NCBI GenBank assembly: GCA_038999435.1
Contig: JAVZYR010000014.1
Location: 1-17,390 of the forward strand
Reading direction: 5' to 3'
Source: Candidatus Aenigmatarchaeota archaeon
GTDB taxonomy: Archaea > Aenigmatarchaeota > Aenigmatarchaeia > QMZP01
DNA length: 17,390 nucleotides
The position numbers and the translations under genes are program-made. The notes below the pieces were generated by a model that was not told the DNA's origin, made no database searches, and saw only the letters and a program-made list of their open reading frames with translations. Shown one piece after another: positions 6,609 through 14,536 of this stretch; positions within the stretch are counted from its first letter, which is position 1; every line of letters starts with the position of its first letter.

Positions 6609-8327
6609 TCATAAACCTATCATTTCAATGACCTTTTCAGGTGTTGTGTAATAAGCTTGAATCACTTTTGTTGCTTCTCTGTAATCATATATACCATTTT
6701 CATATATCCACTCAAGTATCATCTTTCTTCTTATCAATTCTTCCTGTATGGCAGTATCAGCAAGACCTGTACGTCTTGCTATTTTTTTAAGCACAACAGA
6801 CCTTCCTTTTATTTCATGACTATCATTTAACGGATCCCATTCAAAAACCTTATTTGTTACAGGCCTTTCATTTTCAATCCCAATTATCTCAAGTATTGAA
6901 TCTGCCCTTCTTATATATCTTCCTTTATGCCTTGCGAGTGTGAGAAAAACGATAATATCTATATTCTCAAGTAATGTTGGAGGAAGTGAGATTGGAGGTG
7001 TTATCAACCTATCGATAAGCTGCGGGATTGTCGCAGCATGCATCGTTGCTAATGATGGATGGCCTGTTGCCATCTGTTGGAAGAGTACATATGCCTCCTT
7101 CCCTCTTACCTCACCAACGATTATGTAATCAGGCCTTTGTCTCAGGCTTGATTTAAGAAGATCGAAGAGTGTGACTTCACCAATCCCTTTTCTTACAGAT
7201 AGAGGGGTTCTTGCAACATGAGGTATCCAGTGCGGATGATAAAGCCTCAGTTCAGCTGTATCCTCGATTGATACAACCTTTAATGTTGGCCTTATAAATA
7301 GCGATAAAACATTAAGCAGCGATGTCTTACCTGTAGCAGTTCCACCCGAAATGAGAATTGATTGACCATAATCAACTGCAAGCCAGAGATATGCAAGTTC
7401 TGTTGAGCTCAATGTATTGAAATATATCATATGTGATGGTGTGAGTGGCTTCTCTGTAAACTTTCTTATTGTAAAGTTAGAGCCCTTTCTTGCTATGTCT
7501 GTTCCAAGCGTTGCCTGCACCCTGCTGCCATCAGGTAGTGTGCCATCGAGAAGTGGCTCTGCTATTGATATTGTTTTATTACATTTTTGAGCAAGTTTTA
7601 TAACAAATGTATTCAGCTCATCCGGATTTGTAAATATTACATTTGTTCTGACAGAACCTATTCGCGGATTTCTGTGATAGACATATACAGGTATGCCAAC
7701 ACCATCACAACTCAAATCCTCTATGTTTGGGTCAGCCATTAGTGGCTCAATGCGACCAAAACCCATCACATCCCTTTCAATGTAATATATGATTGTTGCC
7801 AATTTCTCTTCATCGGGTGGTATACCAATATTCTTTGCAGCCAGCAGCACTGCTTCTCTCAATAACTCCTTTGCCCTCACAACACCAAGTTTTGTAAAAT
7901 CGATATCAAGCCTTTCCTCGAGCTCCCTTTTTATCATCTCTATAGCCTCCTTATCTGCCATGCTAATTGGAGGTTCGATAACATTATAAACAAGTTGAAG
8001 TGTTGATGGGTCCCATAGTATGTGTGCCCATGCAAATACCCTCTGTCCCTTTTTAGGTTCTTTTGGTATTAAAGGATATTTTATATTTATCGTTTCAAGT
8101 GTCTCTTTTTCTTCTATTTCAACAACAGCCCTTGGTCTTAGTTTTGTTTCTATCTCTATAGCTTCTGGTTTTGGTTTCTCTATTTTTTCTTCAACCGCTA
8201 CAGCAGGAGCTGTTGGAACTATAACCGGTGGGGCTGATACAATCGGTCTTGTAGGTGGTTTATGTAGTGCTATATACCCTTCTCTAAGTCTTGCCAAAAG
8301 AGCCCTGATACTGTATCCATCGCTCAT
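6609..8327 (-). CDS. Type II/IV secretion (pilus assembly) ATPase, VirB11/CpaF/FlaI-like
   Basis: Walker A GGTATGKT, Asp box SIEDTAEL, LRQRPDYIIVGEVRG, His box TGH...TMHA, and FTIRKF. Confidence 0.95.
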   Translation of the reverse strand: MSDGYSIRALLARLREGYIALHKPPTRPIVSAPPVIVPTAPAVAVEEKIEKPKPEAIEIETKLRPRAVVEIEEKETLETINIKYPLIPKEPKKGQRVFAWAHILWDPSTLQLVYNVIEPPISMADKEAIEMIKRELEERLDIDFTKLGVVRAKELLREAVLLAAKNIGIPPDEEKLATIIYYIERDVMGFGRIEPLMADPNIEDLSCDGVGIPVYVYHRNPRIGSVRTNVIFTNPDELNTFVIKLAQKCNKTISIAEPLLDGTLPDGSRVQATLGTDIARKGSNFTIRKFTEKPLTPSHMIYFNTLSSTELAYLWLAVDYGQSILISGGTATGKTSLLNVLSLFIRPTLKVVSIEDTAELRLYHPHWIPHVARTPLSVRKGIGEVTLFDLLKSSLRQRPDYIIVGEVRGKEAYVLFQQMATGHPSLATMHAATIPQLIDRLITPPISLPPTLLENIDIIVFLTLARHKGRYIRRADSILEIIGIENERPVTNKVFEWDPLNDSHEIKGRSVVLKKIARRTGLADTAIQEELIRRKMILEWIYENGIYDYREATKVIQAYYTTPEKVIEMIGL

Positions 8328-8719
8328 TCAATAAATATTTTGTTTTCAGTCTTTTTTAATTCGAGCTTTCCAGAGGAGCTTGTTGCCCTGCCAAACATGT
8401 TGCAATCTATTTCAAGTTTAGCCTCTGCTGTATATCTTGCTGTTTGAAGTGTTATGTTATTTTCTGATAGCATTATAATATATGTCGATTCTCCAACTTT
8501 TGTTGGTATGTCTATATTCATGCTAACGTTCGATGGGTTGCTTGCAATTTCGTATATAGCTGAAATTATGTAGCTCTTTACCATTTCAAGTTGGGTTGCT
8601 TCTGTCTGTTCCCTTACATAATTCTGATTTGCCAAAAACAGTGATTCACACATAAGAAATATCGCTACACCAATTCCAAAAAGCAATACTGCTTCCAGTA
8701 TAACATTTTGGCCTTTCAT
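8324..8719 (-). CDS. Minor pilin-like protein (class III signal peptide)
   Basis: MKG/QNVILEAVLLFGIGVAIFL; coupled within the pilus operon. Confidence 0.75.
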   Translation of the reverse strand: MKGQNVILEAVLLFGIGVAIFLMCESLFLANQNYVREQTEATQLEMVKSYIISAIYEIASNPSNVSMNIDIPTKVGESTYIIMLSENNITLQTARYTAEAKLEIDCNMFGRATSSSGKLELKKTENKIFIE

Positions 8720-9288
8720 TCGAATGTTAGATTGATGTATGTTTTATAGCTATCATCTGATATCTCGGTTCTATTAAATACAGCCTTTATGAAGCCCTTT
8801 CCTGATGTGGTCGGTCCTTTCAAGTTTATTATATAGGTTCTGTTATTCTCAAGGGGTCTGAAATAAATCTCAATCCTCATTGTCTTTCCAAGCTTTTGAT
8901 AAACAGGTTGCCATGGCTTGTCTTTACCATACATACCGGGTTTTACACTGCTTACAAGCTCTGGAAAATACGTCTTTGCTTCAATCTCATCCAAAGCTAT
9001 TTGTGCTGAAAACTCTATCCATATCGAGTTTGGTTTTGTGGTAGCATCCCAACCCTGAACCCTTACAGTCATACCTGATGGTATCTTATAATGTTTTGTT
9101 CCGCCCTCATTTGCAACACTAACAATACCATCTGCAACTTGTGTAGCAAAGGCCTTTGCTTGCTGAAACTTTCCAACTGCTTCATTTAATTGCATAATTG
9201 GAATGATAGATTGATATGAAAATGCAATAAGTGCTATGAAAATCCCTACCAATATCACCATCCCCAAAATATTTGCTTGTAGTTTCAT
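8716..9288 (-). CDS. Minor pilin-like protein (atypical class III signal peptide)
   Basis: MKL/QANILGMVILVGIFIALIAF N-terminal hydrophobic helix; operon context. Confidence 0.7.
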   Translation of the reverse strand: MKLQANILGMVILVGIFIALIAFSYQSIIPIMQLNEAVGKFQQAKAFATQVADGIVSVANEGGTKHYKIPSGMTVRVQGWDATTKPNSIWIEFSAQIALDEIEAKTYFPELVSSVKPGMYGKDKPWQPVYQKLGKTMRIEIYFRPLENNRTYIINLKGPTTSGKGFIKAVFNRTEISDDSYKTYINLTFE

Positions 9289-9294
9289 CTAAAA

Positions 9295-9696
9295 TTAGCA
9301 ATTTACCAAACTTTCATCATATTTGGATGCTGTTGCAATATAGACAGAATATGAATTACCTTTTGTGATGTTTGGACTTGTGATGTTTATCTCTATTGCT
9401 TTTTGTGGCTCAATTGTGAAATTCTCAGGTGCTACCACTACTGGTATTACAGCCTCCCCCATTTTTTTAACTCTTATTGCAACAAAATCTGATCTTTCAA
9501 GAGGCAATGCTCCTGCGTTCGAAATTGTGAGATAAATGACATTATTTGCCCCTCCACAATCAATACCAGATATAACAAAAATCTTTGAAACTGTTGTAGT
9601 AAAATAACCCATAAAGAAAAGATAGGCTGCACCTGCAAGTGCTACAGTTATGAGAAGTAGCAAAATACTTGCAATCACAGCAGATATCCCTTTCAT
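9295..9696 (-). CDS. Archaeal type IV pilin (probable major pilin)
   Basis: MKG/ISAVIASILLLLITVALAGAAY is a classic archaeal pilin N-terminus. Start moved from 9741 to ATG 9696. Confidence 0.88.
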   Translation of the reverse strand: MKGISAVIASILLLLITVALAGAAYLFFMGYFTTTVSKIFVISGIDCGGANNVIYLTISNAGALPLERSDFVAIRVKKMGEAVIPVVVAPENFTIEPQKAIEINITSPNITKGNSYSVYIATASKYDESLVNC

Positions 9697-9697
9697 A

Positions 9698-10168
9698 TTA
9701 AGCACTCTTTGTTGTAGTTGGAGTAGGTTGATAGTATGCATATACCCTTTTCATTCTTTTATCAAGCATATCGAGTGTTGCCAACATTGCCTGTTGCGTC
9801 TCAAGTGCCTTTTTGTTCTGCTCAAGCAGCTCATCAAGCTTTTTTGTGAGCGGTTCTATCGTCTTTGCACCAAATCCTGCGATCATCTCTTCTTGTGCAG
9901 ATGCCTTTAACAATTTCATAAATTCATTGAATGCTGATATAATCTGGTCTATCTTTGGTGGGATTGCTGAAAGCTCAGTAACAAGCTCTGTATTTGACTT
10001 TATTACATTGTCAATGACCCTTTGGTTTGATTTTATAAGCTCGATTATTTGTTCAATAAGCCGCCTTGTCTCTGATGTGGTTGATGTTTCCTCAAGCCTT
10101 GCTAATCTCTTTTCAAGCCGTCTTATTGGTGATGCAGGTATGATTTCGTACTCCTCTTCTTCTACCAT
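9698..10168 (-). CDS. Hypothetical coiled-coil protein, first gene of the pilus operon
   Basis: Helical heptad-like sequence (IRRLEKRLARLE, LTKKLDELLEQNKKAL); abuts the pilin gene. Confidence 0.75.
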   Translation of the reverse strand: MVEEEEYEIIPASPIRRLEKRLARLEETSTTSETRRLIEQIIELIKSNQRVIDNVIKSNTELVTELSAIPPKIDQIISAFNEFMKLLKASAQEEMIAGFGAKTIEPLTKKLDELLEQNKKALETQQAMLATLDMLDKRMKRVYAYYQPTPTTTKSA

Positions 10169-10189
10169 ATTATTAATGGTTTTTCCTTT

Positions 10190-10197
10190 AATATAAA
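10190..10197 (-). promoter_or_regulatory. Putative TATA box for the pilus operon (leaderless transcript)
   Basis: TTTATATT on the - strand, 22-29 nt upstream of ATG 10168. No SD sequence seen. Confidence 0.45.
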
Positions 10198-10263
10198 TCT
10201 AATTTAATGCTTTTTGTAAAAGCCATTTACCTGTTAAACAGAATTAAAATAAACCATTAATTA

Positions 10264-11907
10264 TCAATACTCTTCTTCAAGACCAGGTGATTTTGGACTT
10301 GGCATGCCCTTCTCTTTTGGGCTTGCTGATATCATGTCATCTATTCTCAATATCATCTCTGCTGCCTCTGCTGCTGATTTTATTGCCTGTAGTTTTATTT
10401 TTAATGGCTCTATCACACCTGCCTTCAACATGTCAACAACTTTGCCTTCAAATACATCGAGCCCACCTGTCTTGTTACCTTTTTCATGAGCAGCCCTCAA
10501 TGCAACAAGATTGTCTATCGGGTCAAGACCTGCATTCTCTGCAAGGGATCTTGGTATTATCTCAAGTGCATCTGCAAAGGCATTTATTGCAAGTTGTTCT
10601 CTGCCATGGAAACCCTCTGCATATCTCCTCAGCTCCTTTGCCAGCTCAATTTCTATGGCACCGCCACCTGCAACAACCTTTCCAAGTTCGATTGCCGATG
10701 CAAGTCCTTTAACTGCATCCTCCATTGCCCTCTCAACCTCTGATACAATGTGCTCTGTTCCACCTCTTATGAAAATTGTAACCGCTTTTGGATTCTTGCA
10801 CTTTTCAACGAATATCATTGCCTCTCCAGCAATCTTTCTTTCCTCAACAAGGCCTGCCTCTCCAAGATCTGATGTTGAAAGGTCATTTAGATTTGTTATG
10901 ATGTTACCCTTTGTTGCCTTTGCAAGCTTTTCCATATCTGATTTCTTCACCCTTCTTGCAGCAAGTATCCCTTTCTTTGCAAGATAGTGCTGAATGCTAT
11001 CATCTATGCCTTTCTGGCAAAGCACAACGTTTGCGCCTGTCTTGGCAATCTTTTCAACCATATCTCTTAACATCTTTTCTTGCTGTTCTATGAATGCCTG
11101 CATCTTTTCAGGGCTATCAATGCTTATCTTTGCATCGCCTTCAAGCTCTTTAATTTCAAGTGCACAATCAAGAAGTGCAATCTTTGCATTCTTAACAGAT
11201 TTTGGCATGTTTGGATGTACAACCTCTTTATCAATCAGAATACCATCAATGAGCTGCGTATCATTCATCGATCCGCCTTCTTTTTTCTCAATTTTAACAT
11301 TGTCTGTATCAATGAATACCTTTTTGTCTTTTTCCTCAGCAATCTTCTTTATCGCTTTGACAGCAAGTTGAGCAAGCTCCTTTGATGCCTTTTCAGCAGA
11401 TTTGCCTGTCATTGCAGTCTCTGCAATTTGAATAAGCCTTGCCTCATCATCTATACTTATGTTCATTGCTACCTCATTTAATATCTCAAGTGCACGATTC
11501 TTTGCAATCCTAAAACCTTTTGTGATGACAGTTGGATGTATATCTTGTTCTAACAACTCTTCTGCTTTTTTGAGCAGCTCACCAGCAAGTACTGCTGCTG
11601 TTGTTGTGCCATCACCAACAATCTTGTCTTGAGTTTTTGCAACCTCAACAATCATCTTTGCAGCAGGATTTTCTATTTGCATCTCCTCAAGTATTGTTGC
11701 ACCATCATTTGTTATCACAATATCACCAAGTGAATCTACAAGCATCTTGTCCATCCCTTTTGGTCCCAATGTTGTTCTTACAGTATCTGCTATTGCCTTT
11801 GCTGCAGCTATGTTTGCTCTAAGTGCATCCTTTCCTCGAGTTCTTATTGTACCTTCTGGCAAAATGAGTATCGGCTGACCTCCTATTTGTGCAATTCCAT
11901 TAACCAT
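10264..11907 (-). CDS. ths: Thermosome subunit (group II chaperonin)
   Basis: [38 protein letters not shown] and ILRIDD motifs; SD GGAGG upstream. Confidence 0.98.
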   Translation of the reverse strand: MVNGIAQIGGQPILILPEGTIRTRGKDALRANIAAAKAIADTVRTTLGPKGMDKMLVDSLGDIVITNDGATILEEMQIENPAAKMIVEVAKTQDKIVGDGTTTAAVLAGELLKKAEELLEQDIHPTVITKGFRIAKNRALEILNEVAMNISIDDEARLIQIAETAMTGKSAEKASKELAQLAVKAIKKIAEEKDKKVFIDTDNVKIEKKEGGSMNDTQLIDGILIDKEVVHPNMPKSVKNAKIALLDCALEIKELEGDAKISIDSPEKMQAFIEQQEKMLRDMVEKIAKTGANVVLCQKGIDDSIQHYLAKKGILAARRVKKSDMEKLAKATKGNIITNLNDLSTSDLGEAGLVEERKIAGEAMIFVEKCKNPKAVTIFIRGGTEHIVSEVERAMEDAVKGLASAIELGKVVAGGGAIEIELAKELRRYAEGFHGREQLAINAFADALEIIPRSLAENAGLDPIDNLVALRAAHEKGNKTGGLDVFEGKVVDMLKAGVIEPLKIKLQAIKSAAEAAEMILRIDDMISASPKEKGMPSPKSPGLEEEY

Positions 11908-11948
11908 AAAACCTCCAAAAGATATTATATAAATAAAATTACTATAGA

Positions 11949-11964
11949 TTTAAAAACTTTTCGG
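11949..11964 (-). promoter_or_regulatory. BRE + TATA promoter of the thermosome gene
   Basis: CCGAAAAG-TTTTTAAA on the - strand, about 42-57 nt upstream of the ATG; fits the archaeal BRE/TATA consensus. Confidence 0.65.
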
Positions 11965-12066
11965 TTTTAGCATCTACACATTTGAAACAATGTCTTATGA
12001 TTTACAAATCCACTGATTATTTAATGTAAATTTTAACATAATAAATTATATGGGCCCGTAGCTCAG

Positions 12067-12105
12067 TGCTGTCACACCTTTCAATAAAAAGTGTGACGCG
12101 AGCAT
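12067..12105 (+). other. 39-nt D-loop (15/16) intron of tRNA-Ile
   Basis: GCTC-AG^T-[GC T GTCACAC...GTGTGAC GC]-GAGC-AT^T: perfect 4-bp central helix with two 3-nt bulges. Confidence 0.88.
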
Positions 12106-12149
12106 TGGTTAGAGCAACGGTCTTATAAGCCGTGGGTCGAGGGTTCGAA

Positions 12150-12261
12150 TGAGCCCTTTCTTTCAAGAAGAAAGCGCTCGCGGGCACGCTTCCGGAAGCG
12201 TTGTGGAGCGAAGCGGAACAGCTCCCGGACGGCTGGAAACCTTGAGGGTTTCCAGAGAGAA
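12150..12261 (+). other. 112-nt T-loop (59/60) intron of tRNA-Ile
   Basis: Interrupts TTCGAA^TCCCTC. 110/112 identical to the tRNA-Arg T-loop intron apart from a 51-nt indel. Four hairpins. Confidence 0.8.
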
Positions 12262-12275
12262 TCCCTCCGGGCCCA

Positions 12276-12896
12276 TCATAAAAATTTTGAAAAATCCTCT
12301 CTATCCAAATCTATTTCTTTTAAAGATTTCTCAAACTTTTTGACATAATCTTCCAATTCAAATTTTTTCCATAACTTCTCTATCCTTTCTCTATCTGCAG
12401 CAACAACTGGCTTTTTTGGCACAACACGACAGCACCCTGCATGCCTTTCTGACCATAGCCCAAGCCTTTTTGACAGGCTTACAATCTCTTCCTTATCAAA
12501 GCAAAGTAAAGGTCTGATGATTGGCACAGATGAAAATGAAGAGAGTGCGACAAGATTTTTCATTGTTTGTGATGCTTTTTGCCCAAGCGATTCTCCTGTA
12601 ACAAGTGCAGAAAAACCCATCTTTTTAGCTATACAACTACCAACCTTGTACATGCCTGCACGACAAAGAAGACATTGATAGCCTTCTGCTTTTGCAACCC
12701 GAGCAAGAAAGTTGCCCCATGGCACGACATACATCTTACTGTCAATCTTTTTTGCAGCAGATAAAACGGCATTTGCAGCACCTGTACAATAAAATGGATA
12801 AAGAACAAAATGTAGAAGTTTCACTTTATACTTTTGAGCTATTAATTTTGCAGCAACAGGTGAATCTATACCTCCAGAAAAAAGTGCTAAGAACAT
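12276..12896 (-). CDS. thiI: ThiI-like tRNA sulfurtransferase, PP-loop catalytic domain only
   Basis: LFSGGIDSPVA PP-loop, CLLCR, VTGESLGQKASQT, IRPLLCFDKEEI and GCC. 206 aa, with no N-terminal THUMP region. Confidence 0.82.
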   Translation of the reverse strand: MFLALFSGGIDSPVAAKLIAQKYKVKLLHFVLYPFYCTGAANAVLSAAKKIDSKMYVVPWGNFLARVAKAEGYQCLLCRAGMYKVGSCIAKKMGFSALVTGESLGQKASQTMKNLVALSSFSSVPIIRPLLCFDKEEIVSLSKRLGLWSERHAGCCRVVPKKPVVAADRERIEKLWKKFELEDYVKKFEKSLKEIDLDREDFSKFL

Positions 12897-13321
12897 TATC
12901 CAGCAACAAGCTTTCTTCCAGGCATGACCAAAAGGGCAGCGAGATTTTCAATGATTTTTGGCTCTGCAGCACATATATCGGTTGCTGTAATGATGCCAAC
13001 AAGCCTATTCCCTTTTAATACAGGTAATTTTTTAATCTTTTTTTCAAGCATAATATCAACTGCCTCGTTAATATCCAATTCAGGGTCAACCATTATAACC
13101 TTTTTTGTCATTATATCTTCAACATGCGTCTCATATATATCACGTCTTTGGCTTATCGCATTCAATATATCCCTTTCTGTAATAATCCCAATCACTCTAC
13201 TATCATCAACTACTATCAGTGAACCTATGCGAAATCTTGACATTAGTTCAGCGGCATCCTTTATCGTCTGACCTTTCTTTATAGTCTTCACATCCCTATT
13301 CATTACATCTTTAACTTGCAT
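12896..13321 (-). CDS. CBS domain-containing protein
   Basis: Tandem CBS repeats (VKDVM...IGIITERDI; VEDIM...LVGIITATDI). Start moved to ATG 13321. Confidence 0.92.
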   Translation of the reverse strand: MQVKDVMNRDVKTIKKGQTIKDAAELMSRFRIGSLIVVDDSRVIGIITERDILNAISQRRDIYETHVEDIMTKKVIMVDPELDINEAVDIMLEKKIKKLPVLKGNRLVGIITATDICAAEPKIIENLAALLVMPGRKLVAG

Positions 13322-13880
13322 CCCTCTTTTCAAATCTTGGAACAAACATCCTGTATCTGTCCTTTTCCTCCAACTCATCAAATATCCTTCTCATGACCAT
13401 TTTAACAGGATCTGGCAGCAATGGTACACGTTTTTTTATTTCATCTATCGACTCGAATGGCTTTTCCTTTCTTGCCTCTATGATTGCCCAAAGATGTTTT
13501 TTGCCAATACCAGGTAGGAGCTCAAGTTGATGCATTCGGGTAGTTATTTGACCTGAGCGATTGAAAAAGTCAACGATGATCTTTGGGTTTGATGTGAGTA
13601 TCCTTTCTATAACCACTGGTAACTCCTCTCTTGCTGCTGTTGTAAGCTCCTCAGGTTTTATCTTTCTTCTAATATATTTTATCTTTTCCCTCTTTTTATC
13701 TCCAATATATACCCTTTCACCAATTGCAACAGACGTGTTTTCCCTTACAACAACCTCAAGAAGTGAAAAATATCTTTCTCCAATCACATATGCAACAGGC
13801 TGGGCCCTATCCATACCAGCATGACCATGTGCAAGAAAGTCAAGAACAATAGCCCATTCATCCTTTTTGAGCTCTTCCAT
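13311..13880 (-). CDS. DUF655 family putative RNA/nucleotide-binding protein
   Basis: IVLDFL, FSLLE, FFN...ITTRMHQLELLPGIGKK (HhH) and KPFES motifs; conserved position after rpoF. Confidence 0.92.
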   Translation of the reverse strand: MEELKKDEWAIVLDFLAHGHAGMDRAQPVAYVIGERYFSLLEVVVRENTSVAIGERVYIGDKKREKIKYIRRKIKPEELTTAAREELPVVIERILTSNPKIIVDFFNRSGQITTRMHQLELLPGIGKKHLWAIIEARKEKPFESIDEIKKRVPLLPDPVKMVMRRIFDELEEKDRYRMFVPRFEKRDAS

Positions 13881-13897
13881 ACAAAAAAATATGTAAT

Positions 13898-14227
13898 TTA
13901 TTTTAAAAAGGCCTTAACAACCTTTATTATCGCCTTTCTCTCCTCTTCACTCAAGCTTGAAAAGCTGTCCTCAAGTATAATCTTCAGTTCATCCTCGGTT
14001 TCTGGCATTAGATTTATGATCTTCACCCTCTCTTCTGAACTAAGCTTTCCTATCTTCTCAAGCTCTGCATCAAGCTCTTTTGCATCCTTTTCCTTTATTT
14101 TTGTGAATTTTCTCAGAAAATCGAGGGCTATCTTTTGATGATAGCCAATTTCCTTCTCTTTTGCCTTCTCTTCAAGTATCTTTTTTGCCTCAACCCATGT
14201 AACTGGCTTTTTTGCTTTTATCTCCAT
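13898..14227 (-). CDS. rpoF: DNA-directed RNA polymerase subunit F (Rpo4)
   Basis: EAKKIL, YHQKIALDFL and KIINLMPETEDELKIIL motifs; located between L21e and DUF655. Confidence 0.9.
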   Translation of the reverse strand: MEIKAKKPVTWVEAKKILEEKAKEKEIGYHQKIALDFLRKFTKIKEKDAKELDAELEKIGKLSSEERVKIINLMPETEDELKIILEDSFSSLSEEERKAIIKVVKAFLK

Positions 14228-14230
14228 TTT

Positions 14231-14515
14231 TCACCTCACAGCCCTTAAATGCTCTGGCTTTGATAATATGTATTTTTCCTTTTTACCTACTTTAATCTTT
14301 ACCATATAAGCATCGCCCCTCTTTTCTATAATCTCTCCTCTCATGCCCTTGAATTTTGGCCATGGCATGCCTTTTTGGCTTAGCGGAAATTGCTCTATAA
14401 TAACATTTTGTCCTATTTTAAATCTCTGTAGAAATCTTTCTGGTACAAACTTCTGTCTTATTTCTGATTTCAGTTTATGTCTTGTTTCTGATCTAAAACC
14501 TTTACTTGTTCGCAT
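14231..14515 (-). CDS. rpl21e: 50S ribosomal protein L21e
   Basis: SKGFRSETRHKL, QKGMPWPKFKG and KPEHL motifs. Confidence 0.95.
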   Translation of the reverse strand: MRTSKGFRSETRHKLKSEIRQKFVPERFLQRFKIGQNVIIEQFPLSQKGMPWPKFKGMRGEIIEKRGDAYMVKIKVGKKEKYILSKPEHLRAVR

Positions 14516-14536
14516 AATTTCTTTTAATTTCCCCCT

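Larger units (their letters stand above)
12052..12275 (+). tRNA. tRNA-Ile(UAU) with two introns (15/16, 59/60)
   Basis: Removing 12067-12105 and 12150-12261 yields the 73-nt cloverleaf GGGCCCGTAGCTCAGTGGTTAGAGCAACGGTCTTATAAGCCGTGGGTCGAGGGTTCGAATCCCTCCGGGCCCA. Anticodon TAT at 12124-12126. Confidence 0.9.

Noticed and set aside
6609..9696. Archaellum (fla/arl) operon
   Set aside because: No FlaH-like RecA ATPase or FlaF/G recognisable. Two separate platform genes and short pilins indicate a type IV pilus.
10287..11822. Many antisense ORFs over the thermosome (and likewise over lysS, the ATPase and the coiled-coil genes)
   Set aside because: Ser/Phe/Ile-rich shadow frames of well-supported genes, with no independent motifs.
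12150..12261. Group I intron, or split/permuted tRNA
   Set aside because: Too short, no recognisable group I core, and it ends in A rather than G. Exons are colinear and complete, and the ends look BHB-like.
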